Shown one piece after another: positions 44,644 through 53,475 of a DNA stretch of 53,475 bases. The notes beneath the pieces were generated by a model. It did not search any database. It had not been told where the DNA came from and was given only the letters and a program-made list of their open reading frames with translations. The DNA comes from Candidatus Micrarchaeia archaeon (GTDB lineage Archaea; Micrarchaeota; Micrarchaeia; Anstonellales; J096). Location: contig JBGQMY010000006.1 in NCBI GenBank assembly GCA_041500865.1, forward strand, positions 1 through 53,475, read 5' to 3'. Position 1 is the first letter of the stretch, and every line of letters begins with the position of its first letter. A program made the position numbers and the translations under genes.

Positions 44644-47395
44644 GATCAAACCTTCAAAAAATCCGGAGCTGAGGGGCCAGGCATCGCTTGAGCAGATAAT
44701 ACTAATCGCAGTGCTTCTGGCATTCATCACTGCGGTGTTCGTGCTGGCTGCAAATTATTCCGCGAACACGACCGGAATCCTGCAGGCCCAGGACACGGTG
44801 GACCAGCTGACGGCAGCCGCCGACTTTGTCTATGCGCTAGGGCCGAATTCGGAAGAGTATGTAACCGTCTACCTGCCGAACAGCATGGTCAGCTGGAACA
44901 TAACCGGAAAATCGATAAAGCTGACGATGCAAACCAGCGCAGGCAGCACTGACGTGTTCTCATACTCCAAGGCGAACCTCGTGGGGGCGCTTCCGGCCTT
45001 CAGCGGCACGCAAAAAGTTCTTGTCGAATACCTGCCTTCCGGGGTGGTGAGAATCGGCGCGGGCTCGCTTTACTGCTCCCCGCCCACCATTTCCAGGGGC
45101 TTCACGGCAGGCAACAGCAGCAGCGATACTATAACAATCAGCAACATCGGCAGCAACAATGTCACGGGGATGAGCGCGGTCCTTTCAGGCGGGGGAGGCT
45201 CGCTGACCTCAATCGGGGACGTTTTGCCATCGGGCCTTGCCCCGGGCCAGAACGCCACCTTGGCAGTCAATTACAACATCCCCAGCTCGGCCGCAGGCGG
45301 GGTTTATGGCGCAATGGTCACGGTAAGCTCTTCCGGAGGCGATTCCTGCTCTTCCCAAATCACGCTGAGCGTGAACAGCCAGTCAACCTGCCAGGCGCAG
45401 TGCTGCCTAATCGGCTACGTCAATGGCACCTGCCGCGCATCACCGTCCCAGTGCATCATACATGCCGAGGACTACCGCCCTGAAAAGGATTCTGCATGCG
45501 GCGGCACCCCATCCACCCCCGATTGCTGCTGCACCCCGACCAGCGACAGGTGGGGGCCGCTGGCAAACATCGGCACCTGCATCGTTGCCAACAATTCGAT
45601 ATCTGTGCAGGGCATGTGCAACGACACCAGCGAGGGAAACGGCTACATCGCAAATGCGCAGATGCAGATTGACTTCGGGGACTGGGTGCAGGCGTACCCT
45701 TCGGACGGCGGCTCGTTCAACAGCTCATCCACGCTCAACGTGTCCGCCACATTCACCAACCTCAACCTGCTTGCCGGAGTGCACGTAGTCGGCCTAAGGT
45801 GCTTTGACACCTCAAACAACACGGGCTTCATCGCCTACACCAATTTCAGCATAGCCACCAATTACACCATCATCAACATAACCCAAAACGAAACCACATG
45901 CAGCATGCCCGCAATCGGGCCGATAATAACCGGCATCTGGCAGATGCCAACACCAGCCCAGAAATACCAGCCGCTGGCCATATTCGCAACGGCAAACGAC
46001 TCCGGCAACAGCACCATAACGAACTGCACCATAGACGCGGACAATGCAGACAGCTGGCGGATGATGGAGCCCGTGAATAGCACATACAACCAGACCAACG
46101 AAACAGTCATGTACAATTACACGGCCGGGTTCTCCGTAGGCCCGCACACCATACGGATAAGGTGCGTCGACGCCGCGAACGTCACCGGGCCGACCGCATA
46201 CTATTATTTCAACGTGACCGAGGCGGACATCCTCGGGCCGATTGTGATGAACGTTTCGCATACGCCCTATCCCACGACGATGTCAAACATCAGCGTAAGC
46301 GCCACAGTGACCGACATATACACCGGCAACAGCGACATACAGGACTGCCAGGTCAAGGTGGGCGCCGGCCCATGGGTCAATGCCAGCGCAGCCGACGGCG
46401 CATACGACAGCCCCACCGAGGACGTCGCCTACAACCTGGGTCCGGTGAGCACCGGCTTCCATACCATATCCTGGCAGTGCACTGACGCCCTGGGCAACGT
46501 GGGCGGCGTGTACAACGACAGTTTCGGCGTTGTGGACGTGGACGTCATGCTCGTGATCGACAAGTCCGGCTCCATGGCCGACAACGTGACCAACGTGGCG
46601 AACAGCAACGTGGTTTCGGCCGCCAGCACCGGCTGGTCGTGGGTGAAGAACCTGACAATAAACGCGACCAACGGGAACAGGGCGAACGTCACGACCGAGA
46701 TTGAGGCAAGCGCAACCAAGTGCATGGTGTCATACAACATCACAATAAACGGGATTATGGTGGCGGCCGGCAACCAGACGTCGACCAGCTATGTCAAGAT
46801 GATGAACAGCATTGACATCTCCGCCTTTTCCCCGCCATTCCAGGTCGCACTGTGGCTCAAGCGCAACGCGAGCGGATGCACTGCCTACAACCAGCTGTTC
46901 AGCGTGCAGCAGTCGCCAACCAAGATGTATGCCGCGCAGACATCCGCCAAGACATTCATCGGCATAGTCAACAGCGCAACCAAGGCCGGGCTGGTCTCTT
47001 TCAGCACCAGCGCGAGCACTGGCAAGACGCTTGCCTCCATGGGCCCGGCCAACGCGACCGCACTGGACAGCGCCATAGACGCGATTGCGGCGACAGGCAG
47101 CACGTGCATCGAATGCGGGCTGGACAACGGCGTGAACGAGCTCATTTCCTCCAGGGGCAGGCCAACAGCCAACAGGATAATCATCATGCTCACTGACGGC
47201 ATGAGCAACTCCGGCAGTTCCATCAATGGGGCGGTGCTGGCCAGGAACAACAACGTGACCGTATATACCATAGGGTTCGGCGGCGACGTGAACGACACGG
47301 AGCTGACGAACGTAGCCCTGCTGACCTATGGCGACTACTATTTCGCGCCCAATGCGGAGACGCTCACGCAGATATTCCTGAACATAGGCAAGTAA
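44636..47395 (+). CDS. Large pilin-adhesin: class III signal peptide, Ig-like repeats, Cys-rich module, C-terminal vWA domain
   Basis: RG/QASLEQ signal; MIDAS DKSGS...GST...LTDG; VYTIGFG; many N-glycosylation sequons. Confidence 0.85.
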   Translation: MDKIKPSKNPELRGQASLEQIILIAVLLAFITAVFVLAANYSANTTGILQAQDTVDQLTAAADFVYALGPNSEEYVTVYLPNSMVSWNITGKSIKLTMQTSAGSTDVFSYSKANLVGALPAFSGTQKVLVEYLPSGVVRIGAGSLYCSPPTISRGFTAGNSSSDTITISNIGSNNVTGMSAVLSGGGGSLTSIGDVLPSGLAPGQNATLAVNYNIPSSAAGGVYGAMVTVSSSGGDSCSSQITLSVNSQSTCQAQCCLIGYVNGTCRASPSQCIIHAEDYRPEKDSACGGTPSTPDCCCTPTSDRWGPLANIGTCIVANNSISVQGMCNDTSEGNGYIANAQMQIDFGDWVQAYPSDGGSFNSSSTLNVSATFTNLNLLAGVHVVGLRCFDTSNNTGFIAYTNFSIATNYTIINITQNETTCSMPAIGPIITGIWQMPTPAQKYQPLAIFATANDSGNSTITNCTIDADNADSWRMMEPVNSTYNQTNETVMYNYTAGFSVGPHTIRIRCVDAANVTGPTAYYYFNVTEADILGPIVMNVSHTPYPTTMSNISVSATVTDIYTGNSDIQDCQVKVGAGPWVNASAADGAYDSPTEDVAYNLGPVSTGFHTISWQCTDALGNVGGVYNDSFGVVDVDVMLVIDKSGSMADNVTNVANSNVVSAASTGWSWVKNLTINATNGNRANVTTEIEASATKCMVSYNITINGIMVAAGNQTSTSYVKMMNSIDISAFSPPFQVALWLKRNASGCTAYNQLFSVQQSPTKMYAAQTSAKTFIGIVNSATKAGLVSFSTSASTGKTLASMGPANATALDSAIDAIAATGSTCIECGLDNGVNELISSRGRPTANRIIIMLTDGMSNSGSSINGAVLARNNNVTVYTIGFGGDVNDTELTNVALLTYGDYYFAPNAETLTQIFLNIGK

Positions 47396-47444
47396 GCGGC
47401 ACGGGGCAGGGGAAAGTTTCCATGGGAGCGCAAAACACAGAAAT

Positions 47445-47933
47445 ATGGGAAGCGACATGAGCCAGACCAAACCAGGCCAAAAATCCCCCTGCACCGCAAC
47501 CAAGACTGCAAAACTGGGGCAAAGCAGCATCGAGTTTTTGTTCCTCATGGGAATAATGGCGGCTATTTTTGTGATAATCACGTTCGTTTCCTACCAAGCC
47601 CAGTCTGACACTGCCGCGCTGTCCGCGGATTTTGAGGCGCAAAGGCTTTGCCGTGAGCTCGCGTTCAGGATTTCCGCGGTGGACGCCGCCGGCAACGGAA
47701 CCGTCGCCGGCCTCGGCATGCCCGGAAAAATCGCCGGCTCCAACTTCACAATCCTCGTTTCCGGGCCCGGCCGCAGGCTCTCGATACTGTATGCCAAGGG
47801 CGTCGCGGGCTGCCCGTTGTCCACGTCAAACATAGCCAATGGCACAGGCACAGGCTCTGCCGGCAAATTTTACATCTACGGCGGCGAATCCAAATCCATA
47901 AAAAATATCGGCCAGGGTGTTGTTGTTGACTAG
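47445..47933 (+). CDS. Minor type IV pilin-like protein
   Basis: KLG/QSSIEF plus hydrophobic helix. Confidence 0.8.
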   Translation: MGSDMSQTKPGQKSPCTATKTAKLGQSSIEFLFLMGIMAAIFVIITFVSYQAQSDTAALSADFEAQRLCRELAFRISAVDAAGNGTVAGLGMPGKIAGSNFTILVSGPGRRLSILYAKGVAGCPLSTSNIANGTGTGSAGKFYIYGGESKSIKNIGQGVVVD

Positions 47934-47943
47934 GCTATTTGGG

Positions 47944-48453
47944 ATGAAGGAAGGCGCAGCGATGAAGGCGCAGGCCAACCCGATTGATTTCATGGCAGCC
48001 GTATTCATTTTCATGGTGGTTTTCGGGTATTTCATGATTCTGTGGAACATCTTTTCGTTGAGGTACGCCGAGCGCGCAGAGACGCTGGACTGCGAGCTGT
48101 CTTCCATTGCAATTGCCGACCATCTGGTGAATTTTGGCGGCTACGGGGACAACTGGACAACTGCGCCCCAAAGCGCCCAGAGCGTCGGCTTTGCCAACAG
48201 GCCAAACGAGCTTGATTGGGCCAGAATCTCGTCTTTCGCGTCGCTTCCCTATGCCAGCCAGAAGCAGCTACTTGGGACTGCGCACGATTTCCTCATAAGG
48301 ATAGAAAGTCCGGACGGCGCGAGCTATGTCCGGATTGGCCAGGACTGGTCCGGCCAGGCGCAGAACAGTTCCGCGCGCTCGTCGGAAGTGACGCGGCTGG
48401 CCATGTTCAACGGCACAATCGTGGACTTGAGGGTTCGGATTTATGAAAAATAG
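47944..48453 (+). CDS. Minor type IV pilin-like protein
   Basis: KA/QANPIDF plus hydrophobic helix; G.GDNW motif. Confidence 0.78.
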   Translation: MKEGAAMKAQANPIDFMAAVFIFMVVFGYFMILWNIFSLRYAERAETLDCELSSIAIADHLVNFGGYGDNWTTAPQSAQSVGFANRPNELDWARISSFASLPYASQKQLLGTAHDFLIRIESPDGASYVRIGQDWSGQAQNSSARSSEVTRLAMFNGTIVDLRVRIYEK

Positions 48454-48514
48454 GCACATAAGGCAAACGGCAAGGCAGCGAAGCGGAGAAAAGGGCAGGA
48501 CATGAAGTGATTTG

Positions 48515-48955
48515 ATGAAAGGGAAAAGGGAAGGAAAGGGGTTCAAGGGCTTTATCTTCAGCATAGACGCAATCCTTGCAGTCTCAATCATGGTTATCTT
48601 CATTGCCGCCTCCTTCCTGCTAATCGCCAAATCTTCGGAAGACGCCTACGCAAACCTGCAAACGGTGCGGCTGGGAAAGGACATGCTGGCAGTCATGGAA
48701 AAAAGCGGCACATTCGCCCTCTGGGACAAGGGGGTTCTTGAGAACGCCATGGGTTCGTCGCTTCCGCAGGGCGCAGGGTTCCACCTGCAGCTGGACACCT
48801 ACAAATACGTCAACAGCACATTCGCCCTGGTGGAGTCAGGCCAGTACGGCCAACAGCTCCCGAAAAGCACCAATGTCTATGGGGCAAGGCGCGATTTCGT
48901 CACCATGAGCAGCGGGGAAACGGAATATACAATTGCGAGGCTGTGGATATGGTGA
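48515..48955 (+). CDS. Minor type IV pilin-like protein
   Basis: KG/FIFSIDAILA class III signal. Confidence 0.8.
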   Translation: MKGKREGKGFKGFIFSIDAILAVSIMVIFIAASFLLIAKSSEDAYANLQTVRLGKDMLAVMEKSGTFALWDKGVLENAMGSSLPQGAGFHLQLDTYKYVNSTFALVESGQYGQQLPKSTNVYGARRDFVTMSSGETEYTIARLWIW

Positions 48956-49863
48956 AAACAGCCGACGCCAGGCCATGCTTCAACGATTCAATGCATGATG
49001 CGGGGCAAGTTTCCCGGCCTCAACCGGCAGAGCCGCCGGGCAGGGCGGAAAAGCGCGGCATGTTCATGACGATTTCCGTCCTGATGCTTGGGATGATAAT
49101 CCTTTCCCTGGTCTTTTTCCTCTCGCAGCAGCTAATCACGTCAAATGCCTCTGCCGCGGAATCCGGCGACATAGACCGGACTGCCGGGACATATGCGAAC
49201 ATGGAAGACGAAGTTTCGCGGATAGTCTCGTTCTACATCAATGCCAGCGCCAACGGCGGCAACGTCACAATAGAGGAGCCGGTGCCATTTCCCGACAGGA
49301 TGTCAGCTGCGCTTGACGCCTTTTCGCAATTCGAGGCCAATTATGCCGAGCAGAACGTCTCCATCAACCTGACAAACACAGAGAAAGGGGATTTTATAAT
49401 CAGGCCAGGGGAGATTGCGGTAATCAACGCGCCGGGCAGCTTCACCGTAATTCCGCAGAACTCCACAGAAAGTTCCGGAAGCCTGCAGTCTTATTATGTC
49501 GAATTGACGTTTCCGGCAGGCAGCATCAAGTCCGCAAACTGGGGCCCCGTATCAAACGCCAGCGCCGACCTGGTGCCAGTCCATGTGCAGGCGCACGACC
49601 CGAATTACGCAGTGGTCCTTGACATATACAGCAATGTGGACAGGTACGGCACAAGCGTGCTCAACCTCACTGATGCCCTAAGCAACGGGACGCAGGTTGC
49701 GCTTGTGCGGTTCTCCTTCCCGGCCGCGCTCCAGGTCCAAACCGGCAGTGCAATAGGTTTAAAAACCATAGTTGGGTTTAATAATTCAGTCACTCTGGAG
49801 ACAGATGATACGATAAGCGTCCGGTCAACGGTGAACAAGACCGGGCGGGTGAGGATTGCGTAA
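48943..49863 (+). CDS. Minor type IV pilin-like protein
   Basis: KRG/MFMTISVLML class III-like signal followed by a beta-rich domain with sequons. Confidence 0.72.
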   Translation: MDMVKTADARPCFNDSMHDAGQVSRPQPAEPPGRAEKRGMFMTISVLMLGMIILSLVFFLSQQLITSNASAAESGDIDRTAGTYANMEDEVSRIVSFYINASANGGNVTIEEPVPFPDRMSAALDAFSQFEANYAEQNVSINLTNTEKGDFIIRPGEIAVINAPGSFTVIPQNSTESSGSLQSYYVELTFPAGSIKSANWGPVSNASADLVPVHVQAHDPNYAVVLDIYSNVDRYGTSVLNLTDALSNGTQVALVRFSFPAALQVQTGSAIGLKTIVGFNNSVTLETDDTISVRSTVNKTGRVRIA

Positions 49864-49879
49864 AGGCAAGGGGGCAGCG

Positions 49880-50566
49880 ATGGCAAACATGGATATTTCT
49901 GAGCTCATGAAAAAAGAACCCCTCTCCTTTCAGGCAGACGAGACGATGGCGTCGGCTGCAAAAAAAATGGCACTTAACAGGCTTTCCGAAGTGCCCGTCC
50001 TGCGCGGCTGGAAATTCGTAGGCATGCTCCGCCTTTCCGACCTTGCGGCAGCAATCGTGAAGACCAGCCTGTTCCGGAAGCCCGCGCTCAGGAATGCGCG
50101 CGAAGTCCAAAACCAAACGGTCGGCAGGCATGTCAAGGCCCGGGGCGCCTGGCTAAAGCCCGACAGCGACATCCCTTCACTGCTCCTTTACTTAAAGCGC
50201 CAAAATGCCGGGCTGATTCCTGTCGTCGACCAGCAGATGCGGCTCGTCGGCGTCGTTTATGCCTCGGATGTGCGCAAAAAGATTTCAAAAATGCTCTTGG
50301 GCGGGCCGAAGGCGCCGACCCGCGCCTCCGCGCATCCGCAAAAGCCCGAGCGCCTCGAGGGCCAGACGCCCATAGACCAGCTGCTCCACCTGGTGGAGAA
50401 AAAGGGCTCCGTCCGCGCTGCAGACGCGGCCAGGCTGTGCGGCCTCTCGCGCGCGGAAATCCAGGACTACGCCAAATCGATGGAAAAGAACAATCTCGTC
50501 AGGATTGAATACGACCTGTTTGGCATGAAGCTTGTCCGGCCAGAACAGCCCAAGGAGGAGGTTTGA
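49880..50566 (+). CDS. CBS-pair protein with C-terminal winged-HTH-like domain
   Basis: ISELMKKEP...VPVL...VGML and IPVVD..RLVGVV CBS repeats; IDQLLHLVEKKGSV..AARLCG..IQDYAKSMEKNNLV wHTH. Confidence 0.8.
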   Translation: MANMDISELMKKEPLSFQADETMASAAKKMALNRLSEVPVLRGWKFVGMLRLSDLAAAIVKTSLFRKPALRNAREVQNQTVGRHVKARGAWLKPDSDIPSLLLYLKRQNAGLIPVVDQQMRLVGVVYASDVRKKISKMLLGGPKAPTRASAHPQKPERLEGQTPIDQLLHLVEKKGSVRAADAARLCGLSRAEIQDYAKSMEKNNLVRIEYDLFGMKLVRPEQPKEEV

Positions 50567-50568
50567 CC

Positions 50569-52038
50569 ATGCAGCTTGCGGATTATACGATAAATGCGGA
50601 CGGGATAAATGCGAAGGTGACCGTTGCCAAAGAGCCCGGGGCGCTTATCCTATATACGGTATCCATCCCAAAGCCGGAGCCTGCAACAGCGACCTACCTC
50701 CAGACGATAGAAAACGACCTCCTCAAGAACGTCAAGCTGTCCTCGCAGGAAGTGCTTGACATCAACCTCATGGCCGAAGTCAAGAAAAAATTCCATGCCT
50801 TGGCGCTAAAGGCCGTCAACGAGCGCATACCGCACCTCACCCAGGAGAGAAGCACAGAGTTTGCCACCTACATCGTCCAGGAATTGCTGGGCCTCGGGGA
50901 TGTCGAATTCCTGCTGCATGACGATGACGTCGAGGAAATATGCATCAATTCCTCGCGCGAACCCATCTGGCTTTACCACAAGAAATATGGGTGGTGCAAG
51001 AGCAACCTGTGGGTAGGCACCGAAGCGAAAACATGGGACTACTCCAGCAGCATCGGAAGACGGGTCGGGAGGCAGATAAGCATAAAGGACCCGGTCCTTG
51101 ACGCCTCGCTGTCGTCCGGCGACCGCGTGAACGCCACGCTTGCGCCCATATCCGTGTTCGGCAACACCATCACAATCAGGAAGTTCAACCGCAAACCGTG
51201 GACCATAACGGACTTCATCGCGACAAAAACCATCTCGGAAGAGGCCGCGGCATTCCTGTGGCTTGCAATGCAGTATGAAATGAACATCCTCATCTCGGGC
51301 GGCACGGCCACCGGAAAGACCTCGATGCTTAACGCAATCTGCTCGTTCATGCCAACCAACCAGCGCGTGGTGTCAATAGAGCAAACACGCGAAATAACAT
51401 TACCTTCGGATTTGCAATGGGTCCCCCTCCTGGTGCGCCATGGCGCCAAGTACACGGAGGGGGACGTGACCATGCTGGAGCTGATGGTCAATTCATTGCG
51501 CATGCGCCCCGACAGGATAATCGTCGGGGAAATACGGACGGCAGAGGAGGCGGAGGTGCTGTTCGAGGCGATGCACACCGGCCACTCCGTCTACGCCACT
51601 ATGCACGCCGAGACCGTTTCAGAGACCTTGAAAAGGCTGGAGTCGCCTCCAATCTCCATCCCGACCGTGGCCATGGAGTCGCTGCATTTCGTGGTTTCGA
51701 TGTACCGCAACCGGAGAACCGGGATACGGCGCGTGTTTGAAATCGGCGAGTTCATACCTTCCGAGCATGAAGAGTGCTTGGAGACCAACAATATCTACCG
51801 GTGGCACCCGAACAACGATACCATAGCCGAGGAAAATTCGAGCGTCCGCATGATGGAAAACCTCAGCACCTATACCCAGATGAGCGAGGATGACATAGAG
51901 ACCAGCATGAAGGAAAGGGCCAGTGTGCTGCGCTACATGCGGAAAAACAGCATCAACAGCATAGAACGGGTGGGGAACGTGGTCATGGACTATTACGAGA
52001 ATCACGACAGCCTGATGAAAAAGGTCGGGAAACCATGA
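50569..52038 (+). CDS. Type IV pilus/Tad assembly ATPase (TadA/CpaF/FlaI family)
   Basis: ITIRKF, GGTATGKTS, SLRMRPDRIIVGEIR, AMHTGH...TMHA. Confidence 0.93.
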   Translation: MQLADYTINADGINAKVTVAKEPGALILYTVSIPKPEPATATYLQTIENDLLKNVKLSSQEVLDINLMAEVKKKFHALALKAVNERIPHLTQERSTEFATYIVQELLGLGDVEFLLHDDDVEEICINSSREPIWLYHKKYGWCKSNLWVGTEAKTWDYSSSIGRRVGRQISIKDPVLDASLSSGDRVNATLAPISVFGNTITIRKFNRKPWTITDFIATKTISEEAAAFLWLAMQYEMNILISGGTATGKTSMLNAICSFMPTNQRVVSIEQTREITLPSDLQWVPLLVRHGAKYTEGDVTMLELMVNSLRMRPDRIIVGEIRTAEEAEVLFEAMHTGHSVYATMHAETVSETLKRLESPPISIPTVAMESLHFVVSMYRNRRTGIRRVFEIGEFIPSEHEECLETNNIYRWHPNNDTIAEENSSVRMMENLSTYTQMSEDDIETSMKERASVLRYMRKNSINSIERVGNVVMDYYENHDSLMKKVGKP

Positions 52039-52099
52039 AATCCCTTGCCAATCCCGCAAACAAATCAGAAGAAGCTTGCGGCGTTTGCGGTGAACGCGC

Positions 52100-52978
52100 A
52101 TGAAAGTCAACGCACCATTGCTTTTGATGCCGCAGCAGGCGGCCCTGAGCTTGGCGCAGCCATTTTACCGCGCATCGGTCAATTTTGTCAAAAAAAACAA
52201 ATCAATCCAGAAAGACTTTTACAAGCTGGAGACCGACCTGTCTGCGGAAGCATACATGAGCATGGTCATGCTGAACACGGTCTTCTACGCCCTGGTCGCG
52301 GGCATTCTGATGTTCATAGTGCTTGGAAAAACCGACATCAACCCGGCAGGCGGCGCGCTTGTGGCGGCCCTTTTCGCGGCAATGGCAGTTTTCGTGACCT
52401 CGCTCGCTTACCCGAAGTGGCTCATCAACAAAAAAGTGAAGGAGATTGACAGGAACCTGCTTTTTGCGGCGCGGCACCTCAGGGTGCAGACGACAGCCGG
52501 CGTTTCGCTTTTCAACGCCCTTGTCTCGGCGTCAAGCGGATACGGCGCGGTGTCGCAGGAGTTCGAAAAGATAGTGGCAAGGATACACGGCGGGGTAAAC
52601 ATGGTTGACGCCCTGGACGAGTCGGCCGCAAGGAACCCGTCGCATTATTACAACAAGATAATATGGCAGCTCTCGAACGCCATCAGGTCGGGCACCGACG
52701 TGGGCCCGGTGCTCGTGGAAATCGTTGATCTCTTTATGGAGGACCAGCGCATCCAGATGAAGGAATACAGCGCGCAGCTCAACACCCTCGCCATACTCTA
52801 CCTGCTGCTTTGCATCATAGTGCCGACGCTCAGCCTGGTGTTCATGCTGGTCATTTCGTCGTTCGTGGACATACCGATAACAAACGAGGTGCTTGTCTTT
52901 GTGCTGTGCGGGGTGATATTCATGCAGTATATGTTCATAGGCCTGATTGGGAGCAGGAGGCCGTCAGTCTCGGTATAG
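52100..52978 (+). CDS. T2SSF-family membrane platform protein (TadB/TadC-like)
   Basis: TM segments; IDRNLLFA...AGVSLFNAL...YGAVSQEF; SG pattern. Confidence 0.88.
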   Translation: MKVNAPLLLMPQQAALSLAQPFYRASVNFVKKNKSIQKDFYKLETDLSAEAYMSMVMLNTVFYALVAGILMFIVLGKTDINPAGGALVAALFAAMAVFVTSLAYPKWLINKKVKEIDRNLLFAARHLRVQTTAGVSLFNALVSASSGYGAVSQEFEKIVARIHGGVNMVDALDESAARNPSHYYNKIIWQLSNAIRSGTDVGPVLVEIVDLFMEDQRIQMKEYSAQLNTLAILYLLLCIIVPTLSLVFMLVISSFVDIPITNEVLVFVLCGVIFMQYMFIGLIGSRRPSVSV

Positions 52979-52992
52979 GAATGGGTGGAAAA

Positions 52993-53475
52993 ATGAATAT
53001 GATAGAACGCTACCAGAACGTCTGGGCCCGGCTGCTCACCTACAACGACATTGACCTAGATGCCCGGCAGTTCTCTTCCCTGGTCTTTTCGGCGTCCTTG
53101 GTAGTGGGGTTGATAGCGGCCCTCATGCTGGGCTTTTGGGAGCAGCCGCCGGCATATTCGTTTGTAGGGGGCGCGCTGGCCTTCATTGCAGCCCAAATCA
53201 TAGCTTATGTATATCTCGTGCTTGCGGCGCAGAGCCGGGCCGCAAAGGTGGAGGAGATTCTGCCCGACTTCCTTTCGCTGATGGCAAGCAACATCCGCTC
53301 CGGCCTGACCCCTGACAAGGCCCTGATAGTCTCGGTGCAGGAAGAGTTCGGCCCCCTTGCGGTGGAGATTGAGCGCGCAGGCAAGAGCAGCCTGACAGGG
53401 AAGCCCATCAACGAAGTCCTGACAGGAATCGGCGAGCACATAGACTCGGATGCCCTCCAGAAGACCATGTACATC
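52993..53475 (+). CDS. Second T2SSF-family membrane platform protein, 3' partial
   Basis: Open to the window end: KVEEILPDFLSLMASNIRSGLTPDKAL...EFGPLA. Confidence 0.88.
   Translation, partial: MNMIERYQNVWARLLTYNDIDLDARQFSSLVFSASLVVGLIAALMLGFWEQPPAYSFVGGALAFIAAQIIAYVYLVLAAQSRAAKVEEILPDFLSLMASNIRSGLTPDKALIVSVQEEFGPLAVEIERAGKSSLTGKPINEVLTGIGEHIDSDALQKTMYI

Overview
Archaeal chromosomal segment of roughly 50-55% GC with TATA-box promoters and mostly leaderless or GGTGA-type starts. The gene content and many ORFans suggest a DPANN archaeon, most plausibly Micrarchaeota (inference, not searched). Housekeeping genes: split class II ribonucleotide reductase (NrdJa end plus TSCPD/NrdJb), Hef helicase with a separately encoded XPF/ERCC4 nuclease, PheT, short NFACT-R protein, UppS, EndoQ, Dph2, SMC and an FKBP PPIase. 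RNA genes: four tRNAs (Arg-CCT, Cys-GCA, Gln-TTG, Val-GAC) and a compact ~220-nt RNase P RNA. Metabolic genes: MTAP-family phosphorylase next to ribose-1,5-bisphosphate isomerase, form III RuBisCO, MetX, a prephenate dehydrogenase-dehydratase fusion, an aminotransferase and ADP-forming acetyl-CoA synthetase alpha. Accessory genes: a RelBE-like TA pair, two beta-propeller lipoproteins, two tandem VirB2/TrbC-like pilins, and a type IV/Tad pilus locus running off the right end (major pilin, KaiC-like ATPase, vWA adhesin-pilin, four minor pilins, CBS-wHTH protein, ATPase, two membrane platform proteins). Most unusual signals: palindromic or duplicated elements at three tRNAs, a very AT-rich orphan Cas2/VapD-like gene, a Cys-clamped VirB2-like pilin pair, an unannotated Lys/Arg-rich microprotein, and the regulator-rich pilus locus. 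All calls come from motif recognition by eye; no searches were run.
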